DNA of 62,260 nt, the filler included, from Sphacelaria rigidula (taxonomy: Eukaryota), in the NCBI GenBank assembly GCA_964200075.2. It is 8 parts of 8 records of this genome, joined end to end, with 100 filler letters (N's around TTAATTAATTAA, not from the genome) between each part and the next. Parts side by side here need not be neighbours in the genome. Positions count along the whole stretch, not along the records: positions 46,773 to 54,466 come from CAXNAA020013765.1; positions 54,567 to 62,260 come from CAXNAA020013766.1; 6 more parts are not named here. One strand, given 5' to 3'. The notes under the pieces were generated by a model. That model saw only the letters and a program-made list of their open reading frames with translations. It made no database searches and was not told the origin of the DNA. The translations under genes were made by a program, and so were the position numbers. Positions 49,458 to 62,260 of the stretch are shown here, piece after piece. How positions within the stretch are numbered: the stretch's first letter is position 1; each line of letters starts with the position of its first letter.

Positions 49458-52400
49458 ATGTCAGCTCGAAAGCCGACAAGAGCGGGTCGGGGTGTGTATG
49501 TGCCCGTTAACGCTAGGCAGCAGGTTACGCCGCATGTTGTTGCTCCCTCGGCGCACTCAGACCGTAAGGGCGGACGCACTGGCGGCACTAGTACTGATAA
49601 TGGCACCTGTTGTGAAGGTAGAACAAGAGGTGAGGTCACCGTTCCTGTGAAGGCAGGCGCGATTGATTCTCTCGGTCGTAACCTTGAGTCGAACGACGGT
49701 ACTGCAGCTGACTCTACCAAGACCTCGAACCTGAACGAGTGCGGAGAGAGCCGAGGTAACAGCAGCGTTACGAAGGACACACCAACCCAATCGGAGCGAA
49801 CTGACCCCAGCAACGCAACATGTGCTATGTCACAGACTGTTGCAGCGGCGATGGAGAGCAGCACAGATGAGAAAAGGGGTAAGCGACGAACACCGCGGAA
49901 AGCTTGGTCACAGTACGTACCTCCCAGTCGTAGAGGCTTGAACGATAAAGCAGGTACCGCCGTTGCTGCTGCCAACCCAGCACGTGCTGTTCGTGCGAGT
50001 CGTGCAACATCGACAAGTAGTGAGGCGATATCGACACGCGATAGGACAATACCAGTTGAAGTCACGCATAGGGCGCCAGCGACATCTGTATCAGATGACA
50101 ACAACGTTGCAGCAGCGGCAGCAGCCGCACCCACACCGCCGCCACCACCAGAAACACCAGAAACACCACGACAACATCACTACCCCGCAGAGCTGTCTAC
50201 CAGAGGTTCATGGGGAAGCTCGATCGTGCATGCACAGAACGTACAGGAGCGAAATCAAGGGATGCTGAACGACAGCGTGAGGGGTCCTGGTGGGACGAAA
50301 CAGTCAGACGGTCATGATCGCTCTACTGTCGAGGAAGGTGTACAAGTCGAGTTGGAGGTCTTCTCGGTAGCCTCTACCAGCGTGGAACGGCCGCATGACA
50401 CTTGCACTGCAGACGGAGGCGTACACGGCGAGACTATCGTTGGTGATGTAGGCACCGTCACCGCTGGCGTCACGGCTGATGGCAGCACGCGAGCCCCTAC
50501 CAGCGAATCGTGCGATCGAAGAAAGACGGTCGATGATGGACAGAAACGGGAGAAACACGCTGCCTCCGCTGCCGTCACCCCGAACCAAGACGCAGCAAAA
50601 CGAAACGCTCACAGCACCGCAGAAGCGGAAAGGAGTTTTAACGATAACGCTGTGTGTGCATCTAAAGAGAGTGATACGGTGGAAGAAAAAACGGCAGCAA
50701 GAACGTCGACAGCAGGGCCGGAGGACGATCAGGAAATCTCAACTGATGGTGCCATTCCCGAGAAAGAGAAAATCAAATCACCGGGAAAAATCGCGGACAG
50801 CACACCTTACGTCCCTCCGGGTCGACGGCGAACAGTGGCAGAATCGCCTCAGGGTGAGCAGAGCAGAGAACAACCTATGGGACCGCTTTGGCCCTCTGGG
50901 AGCGTCCGAACTCCGGTCCGTGCGAGTCAAAAAGCCCGTCCCTCTGACGGTGCTAATGGGTCAAGCACGGCCAGATCCACGCCGTCCCGCGTTGCAGCAG
51001 TTGTGGGAGGGGGAATGTCTGCATACGGGGCCAAAATCGAGGAGTACTCAGGTAAGCAAGCTGTACCTTCATGTACGTGTGTCTGGTTCAGTCGTGGTGA
51101 GGCTTTATGTTTTCTACCTCACAGTAGCGTATATGCATATTCCATATTACCCGCATACGATATGTGTCGCTGCTGTTTTTGCTCCTCTCCCTTCTCAGTT
51201 GCGTTGCATGTTGGGCGTGTTACTGTACTGTTTAAAGTATCCCTTTGTATCGTGGTGCTGAACACCTGCTTCGCAGCTTTCACCCAAGTGTCTGCTGTAC
51301 AAACAGTATCAGATACTGTAGACCGCCGCTGGGAAGTGGACTCGCAAGTGGACTCGCAAGTGGACAGTTTTTTGCACCTCGCACGAGGGGTGCCCAAAAC
51401 AAAAATCCCAGCCCATATGTACCCCCCCCCCCCCCCCCCCCCCCCCCCTCGCCCCGGGGCGCTCCGGTCTCCTCTTGGGAAAACNNNNNNNNNNTAGGAT
51501 TTTTTTTTTCACATGAAGAAACACTCAATAAATGGCCCTTTGGGGGCGACCTGGATGAGGTAGCGCCTTTGATTGTTGGCCCTATCTACCACCACAAGAT
51601 GCCACCACGTATAGTGGACGCAAATTGGCGGCGGTGCGGATAGATGCGTTCAGCTTGATTTAGCAAGCATTGCAGACCATTGTGGTATTTGTCTGGTCTC
51701 GTTCTTGTCGTGCAAGTGTGATGTGCAGTGTATTAACGAAGCCCAAAAATATAACGTGGCCTTACTTGGCTCCGAAGTCGTCCGAAGAATTAAAGTTTCG
51801 TTAACAATAATTTTCATTTTTCATGTACTCTTTTATTTTCATTTTTTATTTTCCTTATTCATGTATGGGATTCAGTAACCCACCCCCCCTCGAAAAAATC
51901 CAGAATTACAAAAATGGGCATAGGGTCTGGGATTTTGTTTTGGGCACCCTCGCACATGCATTATTGCTTTTTTGTTTGGTGTCGTCGCAAAAAATGAGCA
52001 CGCACTGCTGTGATCTATCCCTCTTTCTCTCTCTTTTTCTGAGGGGCATTTTTCACCACTGTTTTTGTCCGTCCAATAATATCTGTGCTCCTCCATTGAT
52101 GCTCTCACCCAATCCCAGACTCCCTCCCCCCCGGACCAATTTTTCATCCGCCCTGTCTACTACTGACGCTACGACCGTGGCACAGAGCAAATGTCTCGTG
52201 GCCAGGTGGAGGCGTGCACGGCCCTTATCACTGACTTTCCCAAGTCTCTGCCGCCGGGTCAACGAGAGGCATTGCTACGGCCGTTCATCGAGAAGGGCGC
52301 TCTCATCGTGTGAGTCCTGGGCGACCGTTTTTGCCCTGTTACGCCACTGTTCTTGTTTTTGCCTTTATCCTGGATGTTGACACACTGTAGGCAATCGAGT

Positions 52401-53205
52401 CTTGCTTGCCTGTTTTCGTGTGATTCTAGTCCACATTTTTCCTCGTTTTCCTGCGCGATTTTGTCTCTTTCTTATGGATACATTTTTCCGGTGCCGTTTG
52501 CCTGTCTGTGGCGATTTTTGCGTGGCTGATGCCCGGGTGTGCCCACAATCGCAAGCCGAAAAAAAAAAAAAAACATGGACACCTATATAACCGTTTGGGA
52601 AATGTGATGTCCGTGCTTGCGGGGGCCGTACATGTCACCAGAACATGTTGATGAGAGTGCATTTCGGTCCGCATAGGATGTGAGTAAGACTTTTTCGTGC
52701 GGTCTCACGGATCTGCAATATCCACGAAGGCAAGAAGGGGTTTATGGCAGCAATTTGCGCATCGATTACCAATAGTCACCGCTCTCGTCGATCGCAGGAT
52801 CAGATAACCCCAGTGGTATACAGTGTCTGCATGGATCGGACATTTGATGCAGCACGTGCGTGGCTTGCCGGAGGTCCCTTCCGGCTGTCATATCTTGGTA
52901 CAATCACAGCGATCGACTGTATTGCGTGTGCCGTTCATTCTATCGTGTGTTGCGGTTCAAGATTGGAAAGGAATTCCAATATTGAAACCATGATCTATAC
53001 GCTTCGCAATAACCGAAAGTTTTTTTTTTTCACACATAAAACCAATCGTTTTGTAGGTGGCCACGACCCGATGAGGCGCTCGCGACATTTGCAACGCCGG
53101 CCTTAGCACGCCAAGCGATATCCTCCAAGAACAGCCGCCCCATGGCACTCACGGTGGAGCTTCTGCCCAACGCCAGGGAGGAGAAGCGAAGGGCGTTGCA
53201 ACAAG
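49458..53205 (+). CDS. R3HCC1/R3HCC1L-like protein (long disordered region plus RRM-like domain), partial; exons ~49458-51051, 52186-52309, 53057-53205
   Basis: A 531-codon low-complexity exon with three YVP(P)xxR motifs ends G|GTAAG. The next exons (TACTGAC branch site at 52161) splice in phase to ALITDFPKSLPPGQREALLRPFIEKGALIVWPRPDEALATFATPALARQAI, resembling the R3HCC1 RRM pattern (I.DFP....DLL..F....IKW.DD.HAL.VF). The start codon and last exons are uncertain. Confidence 0.7.
51384..51952. mobile_element. Mariner-like MITE in intron 1 of the R3HCC1-like gene
   Basis: TIR CGAGGG(G)TGCCCAAAACAAAA(A)TCCCAG, flanked by CA on both sides. Contains a 10-N gap. Confidence 0.65.
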
Positions 53206-53944
53206 GTGTGTACGTACAGACACCGGCGAGGCTAGTTAACTGGTCTTGCGCTGCAAATCTCCATTGTCGACACAATTTTATAAGTATCGCTACCCCTAAC
53301 CCCAACCCTAATCCAACGCATACCGAGAACCCTCGGGCAAGGGTGGCATATGGCATTCCCTATTACGGAGGGAAAAAATTAGTAGGAGCAAAAAACGGGC
53401 GAAAACACAAGTGCGAGAAAAATATTTCGAATGGTAATTTTAGTTATACCCGTCTACACGATATTTTCATCTGCAGTTTTCAGACAAAACCAACGGGATG
53501 GCATGTGTAGTGATATGCATTGGGCACACCGCGCAAAGCTGGCAACTGTGGCTTTCCAGCGATGGTGGTTTCGTCCTCAGGCGTGTCGTACAGCATGCAA
53601 GAGGTCATGTTGATTTTGACAGCACTGTTTTTTGTACGGGGGGAGGAACGCCGTCTCCACATCCCTAAAGAAACACGTACACCACATATCGATGAAAAGC
53701 TTGGAACATGACCGAGGGAGCTGTTGAAACCGTTTTTCTAAATTTGAAAATGCGCTTGAAATATGCTCAACTGGAGTGAGGGTCTCCAGATCACAACGTG
53801 CCCCGCAGCTATGCCCCGCAAGAGAGGTAGGAAAACAGCAGCGCCTCCTGGCACTGCTCCAACAGTGGCGAGAAGAGACAAGCCACACGCGTACACCAAG
53901 AGGAAGGAAATAAAAGACGTGAAGAAGCCGTTGCTGCAGACAAG

Positions 53945-54420
53945 GCAGCCGTTGTTGAATTTGACGTCAAAACGCCGGAGATATGGCATGCCATACTCCA
54001 ACGCCTGATCCATGATCGGAGGGGTACCGACTGGAATAGTTTACGGAATGAGCCCTACCTTCCAGTGTTCAATTTTTTTCTTGCATTTTCTTGCTACGTG
54101 TTGATCGCGCGAACCTCGCGGCTCACCCGAGCTGCCGTTTATTGAATTTGACGTCAAAACGCCGGAGATATGGCATGCCATATCTCAACCCCTAATTTAT
54201 GATCGGATGGGAGCCGACTGGAATAATTCACGAAAAACGCCTTACCTCCTTTTGTCCATTTTTTCTCGTTTTTTTGTTCCTGAGTGTTGATCGCGTGGAC
54301 CGTGCGATTCATCCGAGCTGCTGGTTGTTGGATTTGACGTCAAAACGCCGTAGATATGGCACGCCATATCTCAACCCCTCATTTATGATCGGGGGGGGGG
54401 CGACCGGAATAACTCACGTA
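53945..54420. repeat. ~187-bp tandem repeat (about 2.5 units) near the scaffold end
   Basis: TTG.ATTTGACGTCAAAACGCCG.AGATATGGCA.GCCATA recurs at 53955, 54142 and 54328. Confidence 0.9.
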
Positions 54421-55547
54421 CCTAAACTAGACCGGCCTTGCGTCGTGCCTTCTCTTGTTTGGCTTTNNNNNNNNNNNNNNNNNNNNNNNNNNNNNNNNNN
54501 NNNNNNNNNNTTAATTAATTAANNNNNNNNNNNNNNNNNNNNNNNNNNNNNNNNNNNNNNNNNNNNGTTTTTCTAGTTATTAGTGTTTATCATCTTGTCA
54601 AGTCAAAAATAGGAGACGGCAAAGGGGGGATGTGGGGGCAGTGCATCGATTCGAAACGAAAAACTATTCAAACAGGTGCAACCGAATCCTCAAGTGCCAA
54701 GCCTACCAAGATGAACCCTACATGGGTCGCTGGATATATACAACGGAAAACAGCTGCATCTTCAGTCAACCCCTCGGTCGTTGGGGACCGCGAGTCATTC
54801 AGGTTCAATATTCACTTCCCAAAAGAAAATGATGTTCATCGAACAGGACGACGTACTTTACCGGTTGACAGGGACAACGGCAATTGTTTCGGTGTAATCG
54901 AAAGCGGTGTTCGCAAATTATACTAAAAAACGGCTGTGAAGCCACCGCTTCGGGAAGGGGGGAAAATGGCGCGCGCGGGGGGGGGAGGGGGGGTAGCAGC
55001 ATTGAAAGGATCAACCGATGGTATTGTTCCGAAAAGAGCCCTGAATGCGCGAAGGATTGCACCACTTATTTACTGGCAAATGAAGGGTGTACGCGAGGGA
55101 GTGGAAATTAAAACTCGTCTGAGATGGTGAGACGAAACAAAAATCATGTGCTTTGAAAGGGGAAGAGGGTGTTGAACTCAGGGGGCTGTGAAACGTCCGC
55201 ACAGGGAGCAGGGTTGGCATGGAAAGCGTGCATGATACGTGAGTGTGGAGACAGGTACAGCAGCCTGAACACGATATATCTAGCCAAGCTGTGAAGCACA
55301 TTTGTTTTGGCAATATATATACATATATATACACGTCTCCCCTTCGGGACGTGGGTACGGGCCTCCCGGGGGTGACGCAAGTCGAAAAAAATATTTTGTC
55401 AAGTTTTCCACGATCTGATTTGATTGATTGATCGATTGATTGTCGCACTTTAACTGACCCCCCAGGGGTCCAGCCGTGGTCTCATGATAGACGTACCCAA
55501 GCAAAACGAAACTGGAACACGCTCCGAGGAAAAAATAAATCTTGAAG

Positions 55548-56897
55548 AGGCTTTCGTGGTTCGGGATCGACACCGCGCTAAAAAGGGCCAGTGCAGGCGA
55601 CACTCGGTGGCCAGGACACGCACCACAGGTATCAGATGGCGCCCAAACCCGAACGGTAATGTACCGCTGAGCCTTCTCGGTGCGCTGCAATAGGACGTGT
55701 GGGAAGAATTGCCTTGCCGCCAGAGGAAACTCGGCAAAAGCGGTGAGAATGTGAAATTATACATGTACATAATACTCAATGCGCGTAAAAGCACTGACAG
55801 CGCTTGCACGACCGTGCCTCCTGAAGTGAGTACCTCTACAGGCGATACCAAGATAGGTACCGCGGAAGATGACATCATCCAGAGTGTACCCAATACGGAT
55901 CGATGCTCGTTTGTTTGCCGGGGCAGGAGCCACCCAGCAGGTCATGATGTGGAAGTTAGCGCATCTGCGTGTCTATATATGCATTCACTGATGTTTCACA
56001 CAGTGTGGGCCGAGGGGACTCTGTTTTGAGGGCGTATCGATGGCATTGCTCAGAATCCGTATTCACTTCGTGCGTCTGGCGAACCACGTAAAACGTGCCG
56101 CCGATCCGGGAATATGCTGTCTGTGTTATGGTCCACCTCTGTGCCAATTTTCAGGCGGGTTCGTTCAGACACAGCGGAGAAATCCACAAGCAAAGTAACG
56201 CTTGACTTGTACTGAAAATACAGTACTAAGCCGTCGAAAGATACATGAGGTGCGTACTCGTATGATCCTCCCTGTCATCCCTGCCACAAGGACAAACCTG
56301 TCAACCCTGTCACAAGGATATCCCTGCGCCAGTACTTCACAGATGCATCCTACGGGTTGCATGATCACAGGGATTTCGGCACCCCGCTTTGTTGGTTTTA
56401 CACACTTGACCCACAGTGGGGAAGTTTGCCCACGTGTGTGCCTTGTTCAACTCGTCAAAGGCTCACCGCACGGTCTGGTGTTTGCTGCTGACTAAGGCCA
56501 AGGTAATGTTCAATTGTTTTCAACTGCATTGTTCTCATGTTCTCGTGACATTTGCGGCATGAGCGGTGTACTCGTGCTCCCAAATGAACGAGAACCCGAC
56601 GAGGAGAAACACGGCGGGAAAATACCCCGCCAACCATCATCCTGCTGCTTGAAGTGTTCATGAACTCGGGAAGGCTTTTGTGGCTCGGGATCGACACCCC
56701 ACGAAAAAGAGCCAGTGCGGGCGACTTTCGATGGTCAGAACACGTGCCACAACAGTTATCAGACGACACCCAAACCTGAACAGTAATGTACCGCTGCGCC
56801 TCCTTCGTGCACTGCAAAAGAAAGCGCGTGATAAGATGCCTTGCCGACCGAAAAAACTCGGTAAAAGTGGTGAAAAAAGTGAAATAATCATGTACAT
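55548..56897. repeat. Pair of diverged ~225-bp direct repeats (55548-55770 and 56672-56897)
   Basis: Shared GGCTTT.GTGG.TCGGGATCGACACC...GTAATGTACCGCTG.GCCT...AAACTCGG.AAAAG.GGTGA...CATGTACAT. Confidence 0.8.
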
Positions 56898-57700
56898 ACA
56901 TGTATGAAATAAAATATATGAAATGTAATATATGAAATATTGAATATGAAATATAATATATGAAACATACTATATTAACTATAAATATATAGTTCATATA
57001 TAAAGATCTCTACTGTCTACGGCAGCTGACCGCATCCGTCAACGCTTCGGCAAAAAAACAGGGGACACACGGCTGCGGGTCCCCCCCCTTCTCCCCTCCC
57101 TCAAAAACTCGAATTTTTTATCTTGGGGCCTACGTGTCCTGATTGTTTTCTTTCGCTGCCCTCTGATTTCACCTACTACGCGAGAACAATAAACAACGCC
57201 CTCCCGCCCTTATTATGAGGGGATCCTTTTTTTCTCCATCCAGTTTCATATCCGATCATACATACAGTCTGTGGGACCTTCTACAACAATGAATGGCTGA
57301 ATCAGCTACTTTTGAGGCATTTAGTACACACCGATCTTATATTCCGGATATCTGTACTGATGTTTCATATTCGGACAAAGGGGTATTCGTTACATCGACC
57401 GCTCTACAGGCCACCTCGCATTGGCGTAGCCTTTTCACATTCGTACACGATTCACAAACCACAGATCCCGCTACGCTCCAATCCTTCACTAATAATAGGT
57501 GGCTACCCTGTGACTACGGAAGGCATCCATATTAGATGACCAGTAGGAATGTACTGTGCAGATTCTCTGCTCAGTAGACCTGGTGAAATGTTTGTACACA
57601 ATATTTGACCAGGATGACTACTCGCTTCTAGACTAGCTCAAAAAAATCATTGTTCGGGGTGGGTGAGCAGTGGACCCGGAACTGATAAATATATATTATA

Positions 57701-58295
57701 CTTCCTCTGTTTCATAAGTCTGTGCCGTTATGTTTGTATGAGTCCTTAACGACCTCCGATTTGAGTTTCGATTTTTTGGTTGCATTCGTTGGCGTTTTTT
57801 GAGCTGCAAACAATACTCGTTCTGCAACGTAGGTGCTTGACCCGTGCAGCCTCGCGACCGAGAAAAAATGGGTCGGTCAAAATTTGGCTATTTTTCGCTT
57901 TTTTCCCCAGTAAAGCATAACAGACCCGGTAATCGCAAAAAATCGTGAAAAACATGTGAAAACCGCAAGACCACCACTGATTTGGATATCTCCGTGACGT
58001 GAACCTTCGCACACCCCATCTACCAAATGTCCAGCGTGTAATCCCTAGTACTCGACGTAAGAACGTTCAAAATCGGTCAACATTGAGGTGTACGTGAACT
58101 TAAAAGGACAAAGAATGGGGTATATTTCGACCTGGTTTTAGTATTGAAAACAAGTTTTTTTTCTCTTTTCTTGAGTCAGCTTCGTCTGTGCGTTATTTCT
58201 CTAACGAGCCCAACTAACTGTAGGATGATCGTCAGCGTTGAAATACCCAAACGACCAAGCGTCTATAACGGCACAGACTTGTGAGACAGAGGAAG
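57701..58295. mobile_element. Stowaway-like Tc1/mariner non-autonomous element
   Basis: TA TSD on both sides and a ~30-bp TIR CTTCCTCTGT.TCA.AAGTCTGTGCCGTTAT. Confidence 0.85.
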
Positions 58296-60790
58296 TATAT
58301 AGTTTAGGTTGGAATCGGCGCCTGCGTCGTCCATTTGAGGTCTACCAACGCGAACTTTGCCGAGGAATATATGCACCCTCCTCGCCCGAGGGTCTCGTGC
58401 GCTTTGGATCGGGGTTGAGGTTATGGTTGGGTTGTAGTTAGTTTGTAATATTTCAAGTTTTCTTTCATCCAACCAATGTGTACGAATATTTCTTCAGTTC
58501 ACGTCACGCCAAGGATGTCGGTTGACGTGAAGCTGTCAAGCCAATCCCGTCCGCGGGGTAAATAACGCCGAACGATATTTGTCAAAAACCTTCTCTTTTC
58601 CTTTCGCACAACTAGGCCTGGGTCCCTTGTGCCGGCATAATTCGTCTTTTTTGCCCGAATTAGCATACGAGCATAATACCAGCATGATCAGGGCTGAGCT
58701 AGCATGACATGTACCGCATTTGCTCGGAATAGATGGCCAAAAAAAATGGCGTTTCGGGTTTCAGCTGTACAGTCAGGCGTTACCCTGTCAAGGATGTCAA
58801 GGGGTTTAAACCCCGTCAACCGGCATCCTTGCCTCCCGCGGATGTCGACACGGTTTCGAATGTGAGACAATAACGAGAATATTATTCTTCCGAGTCGGCA
58901 CGACGAGTACAGTACCGGAGGACCGGGGGCTTGAGAGGACAGCAACCGATAGACCCTTGAGCGCATCACGGAAGGTAATACTTACGTTGCCCGAGTCATG
59001 GTATGGTAGGGATGCGCCAATACTCCCTGGGCCAGCATCATCGCAAGGCGAAGACGTGCCCCCACACTTCGTATTGCAGTTGAGACGAAGAGGAGTCTCG
59101 AGGATAGGTGGTCCTCTCGCAACAAAACATCATCAATCGTCGAGTAAACATGCACCGTCAAGAATTGCCATAACCTCAGGCAAGTCTTGGCCGTACACGT
59201 GCACCCACACTACCCCACGGCTCATCGACAGCCGTCCATCATGTAGTAAGCTTGTAACAGCTCATCCATTATTGCATGAAGGCGATCGATTCATGTTCGG
59301 TTCTACTTGAGTGAAAGCTACAGAAGACTTTACAGGCGGTAAAAACACGTATGAGAAATGGGTGGGCAAATAGCTCCAAGAGAACGTTTGAAAACTGTAT
59401 ATCCGACACTGGCTCGCTTTAGCCACCCACGCCACCGCACTCAAATCATCTCACCAAAAGTACCCACGCAGCCGTTCACCTCCTCACGCCCCGGACTCGG
59501 AAGCAGGCGCAGTTCCACCACGAGTGAGACGATCTCAGATTTCAAATTTCGACTTTTTTTGTGCTTCCAAAAATTGTCCCTCGATTGCAGGACTCCATCA
59601 CGGTATTTATCGACGATCAATCCATGTTGTCTTCTTTGGCAAATATGTACACACGTACAAGGGAAACCTTAGCAGACGGTTTCCGTTCCCCTCTTCGATG
59701 CCTCCTTCCCATTTAACGTACAGAATTAGCAAACAACAAAGTCAGGCGGCACGCTTTGATGCACGGGCAACGGCACCTCGCCCCCAGACTCCCCCACGGT
59801 CGGGACGTTATCGAAGTACTGGGGGGTTCAGGTTCGAAAGGACAGTTCACGTCAAACTTCCACGACCGCGAGGACGGAATGCGGACTACTAGCAGTCACT
59901 CCCGATCTTCACCCACCTCTTACGGTGTGCAATAAACGGCTGGCTACTATATCCATCATCACTTTTACTAAAACACAAATCAAAGAAAAAACTGAGCACG
60001 CAAACTACAATACCCCAGATGGATATTGTATTGCTCCCGGATAATCTCAAGTCCTGCGCGGTCACGGCTCAACTCAATCATGTAGAAAAGCGGGTGGCTC
60101 TGGGACCCCCTTTCCCCCCCCCCCCGCGCGAGTTACGATGCTCTTCGCAACAGCATCTCGACTCTGTCCCTGCCTCGGCAATGCTCTCGACGAGCATTCC
60201 CCTGATATATTCCTCGGCGATTTCACAGTCTCAATCCAGTTTCAAAACTTCAAACTCAGAAAAACGACCGACCGCGTACAACTCGTCAGTCTTAAGAAGA
60301 CCTTCCCAACATCTCCCTATAAAACTCTCAACCCAAGATCGGTGCGCACAACTTGAACAAACTCCTCCACCGTCGGAAATACCACGACTGATCGTAGTCG
60401 ACCTTCGAAAGTCAAGCCATGAGGTGATAAAACACGCTTTATTTCGGAGAACAACGAATTCCATTGAGCCACGAGGGCGATATCCGTCACCCCAATAGGG
60501 GGCACTTTGACCCCCCAGTTCCACCCTCACCCCACAACGGGCACATGCACTCCTTCAACTCCACCAAAAAAGAGGTTGAGAGTAAAACCGGCATGAAAAA
60601 ATAACCAAGCGCAAAGCATGCACTCCGTTGCACTGCTATTCCGAGCGTTCAGAAGCACGATCTTTCAAGCACGAGACGTGTGTATTTGCCCGCACTCGAC
60701 AAGCTTTGATTTCGCCAAGTAGCAGGATAATGACTCTAGAACACGCGACAGCTCAACTTCGGCGCACGACAATCAGTAGACATTACTTTT

Positions 60791-62260
60791 TTACACTCCT
60801 TCATCGAAGTCTCCCTCGTCTTCGTCGAAGTCCCCGTCATCGTCTGCGGTTGCATCCTGGTACTGCTGGTACTCTGATACCAAGTCGTTCATGTTCGACT
60901 CGGCCTCCGTGAACTCCATCTCGTCCATACCCTCGCCAGTGTACCTGAAACAAAAACACGAGCAGCGATGATGACCAGCGGGTCAGGGTCATTCGGTGGG
61001 GTATCATAGTCTCGCATGACATGAAAGCGTACCGAGTATCTTTTCATCTAATGTCGTGCCACCCAATCGACACAAACTGAAAACCCAGAGTCGAACAATT
61101 TTTCTTTTGATTTCCATCCCTCATCAGATAGTTCCAGGGGATCTGAAATGAAAGGCTCCTCTACCGTTACCGGATCAACGGGTATGCTCTCGATAAAATC
61201 CCCGGTTGCGGGTTCCGTTTTCTGTGCAACCTCCATATCCTACCCGACAGTTCTTGTTGAACGCCTTCACGCCAGTCTTGAGGGCCATAGCATCGAGCGA
61301 TCTATATTTCATGTCACGCTTTGAAACTGCTCACTTTTCGCAAATAGTTTCCAACTTCAGTCGGTTTTCTCCTGATGACAAACCCCCCCATTTTTGTGCC
61401 GCAGACCGAAAAAACTGGAATTTGATTTCTTTACCCGCCATATGTGCTCATCACCGGGACAACCGCCAACGATTCTGACATGCAGGGGAGGCGACTGCTC
61501 AAGAAGTGGACTAAAAACAAGACGAGAGTAACACACACAACTCACCAGTGGAGGAAAGCCTTCCTGCGGAACATGGCAGTGAACTGTTCCGCCACACGCT
61601 TCCACACCTCCTGGATGGCGGTGGAGTTGCCCACGAACGTCGTCGACATCTTCAGGCCCTTGGGGGGGACGTCGCAGATGGAAGCCTTCACGTTGTTCGG
61701 GATCCACTCCACAAAGTACGACGAATTCTTGTTGACAACATTCAGCATCTGCGCGGGTGTGCGATGCAAAATCATTCGGGGGTGAAACAATTGGTTGGAT
61801 CTCCCAGGACAGAAGAGTTAGAAGTTCGGAATAAACATCTCCGGTCTTTTTCACCGAACGACGAATTGGGCGCCTTTGCATCATTCATCGTGCCTGGGCT
61901 GTGCGTACCTGGGTTTGAACGCTGAACAAAGAGCCAGTGACTACGGACACTCCATGTCTTGAGAATGATGGACACTACAACGGCAATAAAAATACCATAA
62001 ACCGATACAACAATTCCAGAATAATCTCACCTGCTCATCTACATCCTTGGTCGACATACGCCCTCGGAACATCACCGCACACGTCAAGTACCTCCCGTGT
62101 CGGGGGTCCGCCGCGCACATCATGTTCTTGGAGTCGAAGCACTGCTGGGTCAGCTCCGGCACCGACAAGGCGCGGTACTGCTGAGATCCACGAGACGTCA
62201 ACGGCGCGAACCCGATCATAAAGAAGTGCAATCGCGGGAACGGCACCATGTTCACCGCCA
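60791..62260 (-). CDS. TUBB: Beta-tubulin, 3' part; exons 62031-62260 (partial), 61546-61748, 60791-60944
   Basis: [31 protein letters not shown]...[24 protein letters not shown]...[55 protein letters not shown], with canonical GT-AG introns. Confidence 0.98.

Noticed and set aside
53809..54008. Candidate last exon of the R3HCC1-like gene
   Set aside because: It is phase-compatible but runs into the 187-bp repeat and lacks the expected RP.T...A.RL...LG pattern.

Overview
Intron-rich, repeat-dense eukaryotic DNA, most likely from a brown alga (Phaeophyceae). This is inferred from the ochrophyte-type beta-tubulin, the long GT-AG introns and the repeat landscape. The window is not one locus. 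It is eight unrelated scaffolds of 7696, 7696, 7695, 7695, 7695, 7695, 7694 and 7694 bp, sorted by length and joined with an N44-TTAATTAATTAA-N44 six-frame-stop linker, so nothing is syntenic across linkers and every gene is partial. Spliced gene fragments reconstructed by hand are: a GRK/beta-ARK-like kinase (4 exons), a divergent phosphatidylinositol-synthase-like CDP-alcohol phosphatidyltransferase (2 exons), a Rac GTPase (2 exons, absent from the ORF track), a signal-peptide first exon divergent from Rac, an FGGY-family carbohydrate kinase (5 exons), an R3HCC1-like RRM protein (3 exons) and the 3' part of beta-tubulin (3 exons). The rest is MITEs and non-autonomous DNA transposons, LINE remnants, satellites and palindromes. 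I found no convincing new multi-gene system. The most unusual signals are tandem PAM2-like motifs next to a retroposon 3' end, a minisatellite built from a splice donor, a dispersed element made of telomere-like repeats plus a hairpin, and a loopless 156-bp palindrome.
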